From contig BCKZ01000026.1 in assembly GCA_001600815.1 (NCBI GenBank), forward strand, positions 62,001-126,000: DNA of 64,000 nt, written 5' to 3'. Shown in pieces: positions 24,281 through 36,026 of this stretch (position 1 is the stretch's first letter; every line of letters begins with the position of its first letter). The notes under the pieces are model-generated. The model saw nothing but the letters and a program-made list of their open reading frames with translations, did not search any database and was not told the DNA's origin. The DNA comes from Alloascoidea hylecoeti. Its lineage: Eukaryota. The position numbers and the translations under genes were made by a program.

Positions 24281-26044
24281 ATGGTTATTGTTAATTCAAA
24301 TGATAAGGATGACTATCGTGATAGTATTAGAAGTGAATCAGGGTACTATCCATTTGTAAATCTAGCACCGGAAGAAGAAGAATATGAAAAGGGTTCCAAA
24401 TGGCAGAAATTTAAAGATGGTTTTAAAAAATATGAAATCGATGAGCCAGATCCAAGTTTACCACAAGCAGAAAGAGCTATAATCTTAACCTCAACTGCTC
24501 CATTACAAAGAAGATTAAAAGGAAGACATTTACAAATGATTGCAATTGGTGGGTCCATTGGTACAGGTTTATTTATTGGCTCTGGAAAGGCTTTAGAAAA
24601 AGGAGGTCCTGCTGCTATTATTATAGCTTGGGTATTGGTTGGTTCTGCTATGTTTTGTGTTATTCATGCTTTAGGTGAATTAACTGTTGCTTTCCCTGTA
24701 TCTGGTGCTTATTCTGCATTCTCTGTTAGATTTTTAGATCCTTCATGGGGTTTTGCTATGGGCTGGAATTATTCTATTGGCTGGTTGGTGACTCTTCCAT
24801 TAGAACTAGTGGCAGCTTCAATAACAATCGAATTTTGGAATACAACAGTGGATCCTGCTATATTTGTCCTAATATTTTATCTACTTATATTAGTAATTAA
24901 TCTATTTGGTGTTAGAGGCTATGGTGAAGCAGAATTTATTTTCTCTTTAATTAAAGTTGTTGCAGTTATTTTCTTTATAATCTTAGGAATTGTTTTAATA
25001 TGTGGTGGTGGTCCAAAAGGTGGATTTATTGGAGGAAAATATTGGAGTAATCCAGGAGCTTTTTCACATGGTTTTAAAGGTGTTTGTTCAGTATTTGTCA
25101 CTGCTGCAATGTCATTTGGTGGAACAGAAATTGTTGGTTTAGCATCTGCCGAAACTGAAAATCCAAGGAAAACATTACCAAGAGCAACAAAACAAGTTTT
25201 TTGGAGAATTACTTTATTTTATTTTATTTCTTTAGTTATTGTTGGTTTATTAGTTCCTTATAATGATGAAAGATTAGGTTCAGGTTCTAGTGATTATGAT
25301 GCTTCTGCTAGTCCTTTCGTTATAGCTATTCGAAATGCTGGCATTTCCGGCCTTCCATCCGTTATGAATGCAATTATTATGATATCTGTTTTATCAGTTG
25401 GTAATTCTGCTGTGTTTGCTTGTTCAAGAACAATAGCCGCTTTAGCAATGTTAGGCCAAGCTCCAAAATTCTTAGCTTATATTGATCGTAAAGGTCGACC
25501 TTTAGCAGCAGTCGGGTTAAATTTATTATTTGGTTTGGTCGCATTTTCAGCTTCATCTGATGCCAGGGCAGAAATATTCACCTGGTTAATGGCTATTTCA
25601 GGTTTATCTTTTTTAGTTACTTGGGCTTCAATTTGTGCTGCTCATATAAGATTTAGATATGTTTTAAGATCAAGAGGTAGAGATACAAATGAATTAGCGT
25701 TTAAATCAGTTGCTGGAGTTTATGGATCACTATATGCGGTTATAATGTTTGCTTTAATTCTTTGTATGCAATTTTGGGTTTCTTTGGTACCTGTTGGTAG
25801 TTCAAAGCCAAGCGCTAAATCATTTTTTGAAGGTTACTTAGCTTTACCTGTTATTTTGTTTCTATATATTGGCCATAAGATCTGGACAAAAAATTGGAAA
25901 TTTTATTTAGACTCTTCCGATATCGATATTGATTTAGGAAGAAGGGAATTGGATTTAGACCTATTAAGAGAAGAAGTTTTGGAAGAAAAAGAATACATAG
26001 CTTCAAAAAATTTCTTCTATCGAGCATACAGATTTTGGTGTTAA
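24281..26044 (+). CDS. GAP1: Yeast amino-acid transporter (APC/YAT family), Gap1-like general amino acid permease
   Basis: RHLQMIAIGGSIGTGLF, GGKYWSNPGAF, KQVFWRITLFY, ASPFVIAI, C-terminal FWC. First ATG at 24281. Paralogue assignment tentative. Confidence 0.85.
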   Translation: MVIVNSNDKDDYRDSIRSESGYYPFVNLAPEEEEYEKGSKWQKFKDGFKKYEIDEPDPSLPQAERAIILTSTAPLQRRLKGRHLQMIAIGGSIGTGLFIGSGKALEKGGPAAIIIAWVLVGSAMFCVIHALGELTVAFPVSGAYSAFSVRFLDPSWGFAMGWNYSIGWLVTLPLELVAASITIEFWNTTVDPAIFVLIFYLLILVINLFGVRGYGEAEFIFSLIKVVAVIFFIILGIVLICGGGPKGGFIGGKYWSNPGAFSHGFKGVCSVFVTAAMSFGGTEIVGLASAETENPRKTLPRATKQVFWRITLFYFISLVIVGLLVPYNDERLGSGSSDYDASASPFVIAIRNAGISGLPSVMNAIIMISVLSVGNSAVFACSRTIAALAMLGQAPKFLAYIDRKGRPLAAVGLNLLFGLVAFSASSDARAEIFTWLMAISGLSFLVTWASICAAHIRFRYVLRSRGRDTNELAFKSVAGVYGSLYAVIMFALILCMQFWVSLVPVGSSKPSAKSFFEGYLALPVILFLYIGHKIWTKNWKFYLDSSDIDIDLGRRELDLDLLREEVLEEKEYIASKNFFYRAYRFWC

Positions 26045-26839
26045 CTGATATGCTGGATTCATATCTTTTTTCAAAATGAAATTGATTCTAATTAGATTTC
26101 AAAAAAAAAAAATCAGTGTATTCATATATTTTCATGTTCTATATACTTGTTTCTACTTTAATTTTTTGGATATTAATGTATTTTACTTTCTATGCTTATT
26201 ATTTTCTTGTATGAAGTTTTGAACATTTTCTAGGTTCTATGTAGTATGATATCAATTTTCAGGAAACAACAACTTCGGCTATAACTGCAACTAACAAATT
26301 TTAGAATATACGGTCCGGTAGCGGGCTTCTATCAAACATTTAATAAATTTTCTATTAAATGTTTAAATCATGCGGATAAAAGTTAAATGTGCTCGGTGCA
26401 TATGTATAATTAATTGTGGTATAATTCTCGGCGTACTATGATATAAGTTTATATAAAGTAATAAACAATATTAATTACAGAAATGTTGACTATTAAGAGA
26501 ATTACCCCATGGCTCATGACCATTAAAGCTGTAATTGTGTTTCTGAAACTGGTTTGGACTTCGCTTGTATCTGCATTAGTAATACCAAATCTGCAAAAAA
26601 CTAATTAGAAATTTAAAATATAAGTCTTACATGTATTTTAGATATCTGAAATTTAAGTGTAAAGATATTAGATATTCAATTAATTGTTATTATTGCTGCC
26701 ATTGATATATTTGAATGTATTGAATAATCAATTAATCTCTTTTTCATCGTCTTCTTGATTTAATAGGCCCAAACACATCTTGTTGAGCTTGAATTAAAGC
26801 AGCTCTTTAGAAGTATAATAAAGAAATTTTACTTTGGCC

Positions 26840-27300
26840 TTGTCATAAATTTGGTGCCAAGATAGTAGGTTTCTATGATAAGTGAACCAGGGCTTGGCCT
26901 CCAAAATCATACTTGCTGGGTTCAAAAATACTCAACCCGGAAGAAGTCTTGAAGAAATGCTGTGATGGAAGGACACAGCTTAACCGATTGAGCATACATC
27001 CATTATATAAAAGTGTCTTACTAAAGAAGCTGATAAAAAAAATGAATTAGTTAGTTGATTTTGTAGGAGAATATTCGATTTCGGATGAGAGGGATCATCT
27101 ACTGCATATGTTTGACTCCTATAGTTGCTTACTTCATAGATCTGTCAGAGCCAGGCTAAACACTCAATCCACTGGAAGGCTTGAATGTCTCATCTTCTGG
27201 AGTTAGTTCAGGGGGGATTCCAAGATCGCACCTATTCCTAGCATTGATGAGATCGTGGAAATGGTGAATTATCTTGGTTCCTTCTTTTGATCACATGGAA
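26840..27300 (+). mobile_element. Possible LINE (L1-like) ORF2 C-terminal relic
   Basis: GC-richer non-genic tract containing EPGLGLQN (~26884-26907), reminiscent of the GGLGL motif downstream of L1 RT; heavily decayed. Confidence 0.2.
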
Positions 27301-28231
27301 GTCACCTGATTAAACAGCACTAGATATTCATACAGTTTATATAAGCAATGAATATGCATATTTTAAAAAAGGTTTAGGTTTTGTGCTTCTTATGGTGCTA
27401 TGATGTATCACTATAGTTAATATTCATTGTCTGCCTTCACAAGCTCAAGGAAATACGCCACCCTTTATGCTAGCTCAAGGAATATCGTACAAGGGCCACC
27501 CCAGTCTTAGGAAAGAGATTAGAGTCCCACTAAAATTGAGTAGTGTCTACGAACAATAAGAAACTGATAAATCACGAGTTTAACAATATATTCTTTAGGT
27601 CAATATCCATCGATAATTAATATTCTCGTTTTCTTCTTTTAATCTCCGTTGTCGCACTCCTCCTTTTTACTTTTTAGATCCTTTTCTGTTGGTCCTTTTT
27701 TACCAATTCACTATCTTCGATTGAATATTATTATTTGTGTTTAGTTGTTTTATTAGTCTGTTATAATTAAAAGTAATTACAACAGCTCTTCGTCCAGCTT
27801 ATTTCTATCGTTGGTAGTTTTAATCTCATCTGACAGATGATCCGACAGACGATCTAATATGAACCTGTACTTGAGTAGATAGTTCATGATGAAAAATATT
27901 CTTGAAAATTAGTTCTTGCTTATTCGATTATACCGACTGGTCGATTTCCTCTCTGATTCTTATTGGGATAGTCCTTCTTCTATTTTTAAAGGATATCCGT
28001 AATTATAAATATTAACATTGTAACTATTTCAACTGGTAGTGATATAAAGGAATATTGTTACTCCTAGGCCTCTTGAGAGAGCAACACATAATTGTCATGA
28101 TAGGCTTCGATGCAAGGTTTGATAGATACGACACGTAAACACTCATACACCCATAAAAAATATTATGATAAAAGGCGGTTTTACCTCAAATCCTTCTATA
28201 ATATAAAATTTTTGTAAAATTGGATAAAACA

Positions 28232-29188
28232 ATGTCCACAGAAACATTTACTCTCAGTTCGGGTCAGAAAATTCCCGCCCTTGTCTTTCACGTTGGAGTT
28301 AGCGCTAGGCCAAAACTTCCAGCGGTTGAAACCGAAACAGACAGAAATTTACCAGATACCGAATTTTATTCAGTTGTTGCTAAAAATGTTCAAGCAGCTC
28401 TTTCCATTGGTCACAGGAATTTTGATTTATCACAACATCCAAATACTACGTTTGACTTTAGAGAGGCTTTTAAAATCAATGGGGTTCAGCTTGGGCTGAA
28501 AAGATCAGACATCTGGATTACTGACAAATTATATCACGATTATGATACCCTTGAAGAAACTATCGACAGAAGGTTGAATGAGTTGGGCACTGAATATTTT
28601 GATCTTTATCTGCTTCGTCGTCCTTTAAATAATGAAAGCGAAGATGATCGCAAGCTCATTATAGAAAGATCTTGGAGACTTCTTGAAAAAGCCCATAACG
28701 AAGGAAAAATCAAAAATATTGGAGTTTCTGATTTTACAGTTCAAGATCTAGATTTTTTATTAAGAATTGCAGAAATTAAACCAATTGTGCTACAGATTGA
28801 ATTCAGTGCATATTTACAAAATCAAACTCCCGGAATTGTTCAATTTGCAAAATCCCAAGGCATTTTGATTTCAGCTCTTAATGCTACAGATGATTTGTTT
28901 GGTTTTCATCAATGGGGTCCATTATATGCGTCTGGAACCTTAGACAGACTTTCCAGAAAATATCATAAAACACATACACAAGTTTCATTACGATGGGTCT
29001 ATCAACAAGGTATTCAGGCAGTGACTGGTAGTTTGCTTTTATACAGAATCAAGCAAGCTCTTGAAATTTTTGACTTCAATATTGATCAGGAGGATATGAA
29101 TGAGATTAGCACAGTCGGAAAAGAATATATAGCTCGATTCTTTCATAGAGATGTATTTCGAAAATATGATCTTCAAGCTCAACTTTAG
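28232..29188 (+). CDS. Aldo-keto reductase fold protein (YDL124W/conjugated-polyketone-reductase-like), catalytic residues altered
   Basis: TFTLSSGQKIP, RSDIWITDK, EYFDLYLL, GKIKNIGVSDF, QIEFSAYLQNQTPGIV, QVSLRWVYQQG. Confidence 0.85.
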   Translation: MSTETFTLSSGQKIPALVFHVGVSARPKLPAVETETDRNLPDTEFYSVVAKNVQAALSIGHRNFDLSQHPNTTFDFREAFKINGVQLGLKRSDIWITDKLYHDYDTLEETIDRRLNELGTEYFDLYLLRRPLNNESEDDRKLIIERSWRLLEKAHNEGKIKNIGVSDFTVQDLDFLLRIAEIKPIVLQIEFSAYLQNQTPGIVQFAKSQGILISALNATDDLFGFHQWGPLYASGTLDRLSRKYHKTHTQVSLRWVYQQGIQAVTGSLLLYRIKQALEIFDFNIDQEDMNEISTVGKEYIARFFHRDVFRKYDLQAQL

Positions 29189-29334
29189 TATTAATGTATT
29201 AATATTTAATTAATGGTATAGATGATTAATATATTCTTGCAATTGGATAATGAAACTTTAAATAGAAAGTCCTTACCCGGATATACTTAAGCTTTTTATA
29301 ATTATTATTATCTACTTTATATTATCATTATAAG

Positions 29335-30513
29335 ATGGGATTTATTCAACCGGGAAAACGTCTGAGAATACAAAAGTCGAGTCGTTCAAGGTTAACTGAA
29401 AATAAAATCGAAACTTTGGCTATAAGGAAGATAAAGAGGCGTAAACTAGAAGAAAATAAAGGTAATCATATTAATTTAGAGGATTTACCTAATGAATTGT
29501 TACAACACATATTTATACTATCTGGGAACTATGATTTTCCGTTTGTTTCAATTTCAATATATAATGTTCTTAGATATTCTCATAGATTAGGGTTGCGATG
29601 GTTAAATCATTGTATAACTGCGTTGCCTCTTTTACCATTTGGTCGTCTGGAAAAGGATGATGATGATTTTATTAATGAAAGACAAAATCAAGCACTTGAA
29701 AGAGAGATTAGACAAACAACACCCTCTTTATACTGTTATGCTTTAGACTCATGTGTATTAACAAGAAGGTTTCTAACTGCTGAATTGTTAAAGGAAGTTA
29801 AATTTGATAAGATTATGAATACATTATCAATTGAACAAGAATATGAAATTCGACAAAGTTTTTGGGATTCAAGAATATCAGCAATACAAAATTTAAAAGG
29901 TAAAAAGAAGAAAACCTTTTTTTTTAATGAAAATGATAAAACTTCAAAAGCTGAAATAGGAACAACAAGTTCAAAATTTAATACTGAGGCGATTGAAAAA
30001 TCATTAACCGAAACTTATATTGAAAAAAGGGCTTATGATTATATTTCAGAGGTTATTGAACGTGATAATATTAAATTTCCAGATCGATTGACTACTGCAC
30101 CTTTTACAAAAGAAAAATTGGATTTAATTGATTGTTTCTCCCATTATAATATAGAATGGGAGAATATTGAAGTTCCTTTGGCAAATGCCATTCAAGAAAT
30201 GGAAAACGATCCTTCACATACAGATATAGCTATTGATGAATTTTACACGCTGAATATAATATTAGGTATGAATGGTTCTTTAAACGATATGGATGATATT
30301 TCGTTTTCTATAAATGATCCAAACCCTGTCATGGTAGCAGCATTTAAACAAAGCAGGTATGACATTGCCGAATATATTTACAAATTTATAGACCCAAATG
30401 ATTTACATGAAGAATTTTGGGGTTATATCGCACAGACCAGTTCCATTCAACAGGTACATTGGCTTGAAAGTCATGGACTCCAACCATATGAACATGTCTC
30501 CTTATTCATGTGA
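29335..30513 (+). CDS. Hypothetical protein with F-box-like motif, 392 aa
   Basis: Basic N-terminus followed by LEDLPNELLQHIFILSGN; intact ORF. Confidence 0.65.
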   Translation: MGFIQPGKRLRIQKSSRSRLTENKIETLAIRKIKRRKLEENKGNHINLEDLPNELLQHIFILSGNYDFPFVSISIYNVLRYSHRLGLRWLNHCITALPLLPFGRLEKDDDDFINERQNQALEREIRQTTPSLYCYALDSCVLTRRFLTAELLKEVKFDKIMNTLSIEQEYEIRQSFWDSRISAIQNLKGKKKKTFFFNENDKTSKAEIGTTSSKFNTEAIEKSLTETYIEKRAYDYISEVIERDNIKFPDRLTTAPFTKEKLDLIDCFSHYNIEWENIEVPLANAIQEMENDPSHTDIAIDEFYTLNIILGMNGSLNDMDDISFSINDPNPVMVAAFKQSRYDIAEYIYKFIDPNDLHEEFWGYIAQTSSIQQVHWLESHGLQPYEHVSLFM

Positions 30514-30906
30514 GTTAAATCTAATATTTAAATTTTATCTTGAAAATCGTATATTATGTAGATACTTCTTAATATCATTTACTTTACTTGGTTATAATAA
30601 CTTATGATTATGAATTAAATATTTAAAAAATAAAATTTCGGGTATCTATTGTAGTTTTAGCAAATATGTGTACATTATATCACGACAGAGTAAACACCAT
30701 CACACAACATCAATCAAAAGCGAATTTTCAGCAAAGCATTGTAAAATTTTGGCCTCTTCCCAAATCAACCCATTGCATTTTGGTTGATATAACTATACAA
30801 TTTTTTTCTGCCAAAGTCGAACAAACGGAGGCAAGAAACGTTAACGACTGTTTACTGGGTAAAGAGAAACTGAAACATCAGTAAAAAGAAATCGGAAAGT
30901 TTGAAT

Positions 30907-31689
30907 ATGTCCGAGCAAAAAAATATTGAAACACTCGAAAAGAAGACCGCTGGGTTAAGTTTACAGGAACCAAGTACCACTACTACCCCTGAAAAAGTTG
31001 CTACTATTGCCGACAAAAAAGAGGTTGTGACTGAATCAGAAAAGACTGAAGGAAGTATTGAAGATAAGCCAGTATCACCATCAAAATCAAATACTTCTGA
31101 GCCAGAAGAAAAATCCATATTTGACTCAAAAGAGGAGTTCACAGTTAAACATCCTCTTAATACAAAATGGACTCTTTGGTATACAAAACCACAGGTTGAC
31201 AAGTCTGAATCCTGGGCCGACTTGTTAAAACCAGTTATTGCATTTACAACCGTTGAAGAATTTTGGGCAATTTACAACAATATTCCCAAAGTTAATGATT
31301 TACCACTTAAAGCAGATTATCATCTGTTTAGGGAAGATGTTAGACCCGAATGGGAAGATTCAGTTAATGCCAAGGGGGGTAAATGGGCCTTCCAATTCAA
31401 AGACAAGAGAAGAATCAATATTGATGAGATTTGGCTCCGGGCAATGTTAGGTGCTATTGGTGAAACCATTGAAGAAAATGAAAATGAAATCACAGGTGTT
31501 GTAATAAATGTTCGTAAGAGTCATTTCAGAGTTAGTCTATGGACAAGATCAACAAACAGAGATCGATTAGCTCCTATTGGAAAGAAGTTTAAGAAAGTAT
31601 TAAGTTTATCTGATAATGAAAAATTAGATTTTTACAGCCACACTGAATCGGAAAAAGCCCCTAGAACAAATGCTTCATTTTGTGTTTAA
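30907..31689 (+). CDS. CDC33: Translation initiation factor eIF4E
   Basis: KHPLNTKWTLWY, TVEEFW, DYHLF, RPEWED, GGKW; ATG at 30907. Confidence 0.95.
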   Translation: MSEQKNIETLEKKTAGLSLQEPSTTTTPEKVATIADKKEVVTESEKTEGSIEDKPVSPSKSNTSEPEEKSIFDSKEEFTVKHPLNTKWTLWYTKPQVDKSESWADLLKPVIAFTTVEEFWAIYNNIPKVNDLPLKADYHLFREDVRPEWEDSVNAKGGKWAFQFKDKRRINIDEIWLRAMLGAIGETIEENENEITGVVINVRKSHFRVSLWTRSTNRDRLAPIGKKFKKVLSLSDNEKLDFYSHTESEKAPRTNASFCV

Positions 31690-32235
31690 GGAAAAAACCA
31701 AAATTAATATTAGTTTTAGTTTTGATATAATTCTTTTAATCAATTAATTGAGATGAACCAGGAAAATGATTCTCATTCTCATTCCCCCATGCTTCCAAAA
31801 TCAAGTTATTTTTTTTTTTCTTTCACACACACATTGTAATTTCCCATTATATCCCTCCATTCATAACTAAACAATTCAATAATTAATAAATTTTGAATAC
31901 GTATGTAATCCAGGGTATATGCAGGATACTCAGAATGTACACGAAATCTCAAAAGTAGACGTTATATATTCCCCCTTTTTTAATTACATTATCATTATCA
32001 TATAACTGTTCTTAATTATAAGCATGGCTATAGTAACATATATAGATGTAAACACAAATGAAATAAAATCTATAGCGATTAAATAGGAAAATATCAAGAT
32101 AAAAATGAAATCAAAGAAAAATTCAAAAAAATGAGGAGTAAAATGAAATGAAATGAATAAATAGAAAAGCAAAAGCACCCAACATAACCAATTGCTATTC
32201 AATAAACAAACTTAAGTACCATTAACATAATGTAA

Positions 32236-33648
32236 CTATAAATTAGAACAAAATACTGAATTATCCAAACGAATAACCATAACAGTAACATTATCAGTAC
32301 TGTATTTTTTCAAAGCATAATTCACTAGACTTTGACTAGCCTCTTTTGGATCAAACGTGCTTCTCACGTAATCAACAGCTTCTTGATCAGAGCAAACATC
32401 CCATAAACCATCACACGCTATAATCAAAAATTCATCTGATGAATTTATCTCAGTTTCGGTTGTATATGGTTTAGCAGTAATTAGGTTTTTCATATATTGA
32501 TCGCCAAATGCACGAGTAACAGCAAGGATTCCATTAACTCTATTTGATATAACAACACCTCCTAATTCAATGATTCTGGCTTGTTCTTTTGAATCCGATC
32601 CTTTATGATCATATGTTAATCTCACAGCTTTCCCATGTCGACACAAAACAATTCTTGTATCACCAGCATTAGCAGTATACAACATTCGATGTTTTGGAAT
32701 CATAACTCCTTCTTGATTCTCTCGATCTTTATCTTCAGGATTTATAGGTTCCCATTTTAAGACAGCAACTGCAGCAGTACTACCACTAGAACTTTTAATT
32801 TCTTGAGAAGATACCATATCAGCTTCCAAAAAAGCAGATTTCAAAGCAGTTGATATAGTTTTATCATTAGACAAATCTCTAATATGTTTCGATATAAGTT
32901 CATGAAGTTTCAAACCACACCATTTTGCTACATGTTTACCTGCGTGTCCATCAAATATTGCAAAATAGCCCGAATCCGCCTCCGACCTAAAATTAGTAAT
33001 ATATGTATGATAATCCTCCATCGTCGCCCTAAATTGCAGGTTGGAATCCTCGGAAACACCTACAGTAAATGATAAACCTGGAGGGAATAAGTTCGGACTT
33101 GGCAAGGATTGGTCCTCGATCGCCATGGTTTTATTATTGTTGTTTGTTGGTCGCCGTTTGTTCTTTTTGGTTTTCCTACGGCGGAGGGAACGTTTAGTTT
33201 TTAACTTTTCAGAGGACTCAGAAGCTTTATCTTTCTTGCTTTTACCGGACCACATCGAGAATAAACTGTTCAGACTGGTACTGCTGGCATTTGCAAATAA
33301 CCCAGATCCCCTGCGGCTTCCGTTTCCGTTCCGTTCGCTGCCATTTGCGCCGCCATCCCCGCCATCTTTTTCGTTATAATTGGCTGCCTGGGAAGAAGAT
33401 CGGCCCCATTTATAATTCGACCCAAAGCTAGTTAAAGAAGTGTTGGAACCTTTTCTGCGGAGATTCAGAGATAAGTTTTTCAAGCTACTAGTAAGTGAAT
33501 GTGACCGACGTGGTTTGGCGTGGCTGGCTGGTTGTGGCTGTTGCACAGGGGTATCTTTGGACTGTGCAGGTTCTGCCGGTGACAGGATAGCTGGCTCACT
33601 GGTCATGGCCCCATTTTCTGATGATGGCACCGATGTCTGAACGACCAT
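32236..33648 (-). CDS. PTC1: PP2C phosphatase Ptc1 with long basic/Ser-rich N-terminal extension
   Basis: RATMED, AIFDGHAG, GSTA, ANAGDTR, RVNGILAVTRAFGD, ACDGLWDV, STDNVTV; adjacent to RPT2 as in S. cerevisiae. Confidence 0.92.
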   Translation of the reverse strand: MVVQTSVPSSENGAMTSEPAILSPAEPAQSKDTPVQQPQPASHAKPRRSHSLTSSLKNLSLNLRRKGSNTSLTSFGSNYKWGRSSSQAANYNEKDGGDGGANGSERNGNGSRRGSGLFANASSTSLNSLFSMWSGKSKKDKASESSEKLKTKRSLRRRKTKKNKRRPTNNNNKTMAIEDQSLPSPNLFPPGLSFTVGVSEDSNLQFRATMEDYHTYITNFRSEADSGYFAIFDGHAGKHVAKWCGLKLHELISKHIRDLSNDKTISTALKSAFLEADMVSSQEIKSSSGSTAAVAVLKWEPINPEDKDRENQEGVMIPKHRMLYTANAGDTRIVLCRHGKAVRLTYDHKGSDSKEQARIIELGGVVISNRVNGILAVTRAFGDQYMKNLITAKPYTTETEINSSDEFLIIACDGLWDVCSDQEAVDYVRSTFDPKEASQSLVNYALKKYSTDNVTVMVIRLDNSVFCSNL

Positions 33649-33990
33649 GATATATGTTTTATACGTGTGGAGATGAAAGTGAGAAAAAAAGAAGAGGGAA
33701 AGAGTAACTATAACGAAGAAAAAGAGAAATATTACACATCTTATAATATAATTTATAGTTAAGAAGCATAAACACGTATTTACTATTTAGTATTTACTCA
33801 TTTAAATTTGCAACCCATTATCCCAGATTTACGGCATTTTGGAGATAATCTTTTGCTTAAAATTTTAAAAGCTCTTAAGCTTGTTTTACAATCTTTGAAA
33901 ATTTACAATTGCACATTAAATACATAATTAATGTTAAAGCACAGATCATATGTATTGAATATTAAATAATAATATTTATGTTTATGTTGT

Positions 33991-35475
33991 TCAAAGATAT
34001 AATCCTTCCAAATTTTCTTCAATCTTATTTTTCATAACTCTCTCTTTAGCACTACGGAAATCCTCAGCTGTAACTCTCATACGTCGTTCTCTTAATGCTA
34101 ATAAACCTGCTTCTGTACAAATTGCTTTGATATCAGCCCCAGATAAATCATCTTTTGAACTAACAAATTCCTCCAAATTAACATCTTCTGATAATGTCAT
34201 TTTACTTGTATGAATTTGCAAAATCTTGCGTTTTGTAGCTGGGTCAGGATTTTCAAACAAAATTTTACGATCAATACGGCCAGGACGAATTAATGCTGGA
34301 TCTAATGTTTCAATTTTATTTGTTGCCATGATAACTTTAACATCACCTCTATCGTCAAAGCCATCCAATTGATTCAGTAGTTCCAACATAGTTCTTTGAA
34401 CTTCTCTTTCTCCACCAGATGTAGATTCATATCTTTTAGTACCAATTGCATCAATTTCATCAATGAAAACAATAGATGGTGCATGTTCTGCAGCAATTTG
34501 GAAAATTTGACGACATAATCTTGGACCATCACCAAGGTATTTTTGAATAAGTTCACTTCCAACAATTCGAAGAAATGTAGCACTTGTTTGATTAGCAACA
34601 GCTTTAGCTAAAAGTGTTTTACCGGTACCCGGTGCACCATATAAAATAACACCTTTTGGTGGTTTAATTCCCATTTCTTCATACAATTCAGGATGTGTTA
34701 ATGGTAATTCAACTGCTTCCTTAATTTCTTGAATTTGAGATTCAAGACCACCAATATCTGCATAAGATTCCGTTGGAGATTTATCTAATTTCATAACAGA
34801 TACAATGGGGTCAGCATCATCTTGTAAAACACCTACAACGGAAACAGTTTTATGATGTAAAAGAACAGAACAATTGGGTTCTAAAAGATCTTTATCAACA
34901 AAACTCAAAATTGAAACATAATATTCAGGACCAGATGTTGAAGAGACAATAGCATGATCATCATCAATAATTTCTTCTAAAGTACCAACACTCATTGGAG
35001 TACTTCTAATTTCATCAACTTTATCACGTTCTTCAGCAACTTTATCATCAATAGGTTTTAATCTTTCTTGATTTTGAATAAATTCTTCTTCTAGTAATAA
35101 ATGATCTTTAATTCTTTCCATTTTTAATAATTTTAATTTACATCTTGTTGTTGGATAAACAGTTGGTAATTTATCAACAGTATCTGGACCTTGTCCCTTA
35201 CGACGTTTCTTCCCGATTCGAGTTGACACAGGTGGTTCATATTTTGGTTCTATTATCAATTATTCATTCAATTAGGAAATTATTCAATTAATTTAAAGAT
35301 TAATTGTTCATCATTAAAACTTACTTTCTTTTTTCTTGTCATCTTTCTTCTTTTGGCCACCAGGCAATCCAGATGGTGCTTGACCCTATATCGAGGCAAA
35401 ATTAGTAAACTTTCTTCCTCAATAACATTATATATGATCAATTATGACTTGGGATATGAAAAGTGAACGTACCAT
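33991..35475 (-). CDS. RPT2: 26S proteasome AAA-ATPase Rpt2; exons 35475-35473 (ATG), 35385-35325, 35249-33991 (440 aa)
   Basis: Splicing at GTACGT...TAG and GTAAGT...TAG gives [28 protein letters not shown]. Walker [16 protein letters not shown]-terminal EGLYL. Confidence 0.96.
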
Positions 35476-35523
35476 TTTTAATATATATGTGAGAGTTGTT
35501 CAAAGATGTAGATGGAAGATTAA

Positions 35524-35531
35524 AGTGGCAA
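35524..35531 (+). promoter_or_regulatory. Rpn4/PACE-like element AGTGGCAA upstream of RPT2
   Basis: Variant of GGTGGCAAA about 50 bp upstream of a proteasome gene start codon. Confidence 0.55.
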
Positions 35532-36026
35532 GAATTAAACATCGTGAAGCCGGGTAACTAAATCTCAAAATATGTATGAAATTTATAAATCAATTTATAT
35601 CAAAATTTATAGCATAGTATAAGAGAGTAGATTAATAATTCTCTATACTAATATTTCAATCTATATATATGAAATAAATTAAAATCAAGATTCCAACCGT
35701 ACTATTTCCTTATATCTATATAAAAACAATTCCACAAAGATAGAAAACTCGATTATTATTCATAAATCTGTTGACTAATTCTTTTATATTTCATCGTCAA
35801 TAATGTAAATTGAGAAAAATACAGCTCACCAACAAATTATAAAATCGCAGAAATATTTGACTAAAAAAAAAATCCTTCGGGTGGTGATAAATATATAAAT
35901 TTCAAATATCAATCTTGTTTAAATAGAGCTGGATATCCCTGGCCCCATGTTACCCTACCTTTACTTACAAGCAAAAAATTTTCAATTTTCTTCTGAAGCT
36001 TGTCTCTAAAGTAAACCAAATCCATC

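Noticed and set aside
27441..27482. Direct repeat AGCTCAAGGAA x2 in a GC-richer tract; considered as ncRNA or LTR
   Set aside because: No recognisable RNA-family motif or LTR termini.
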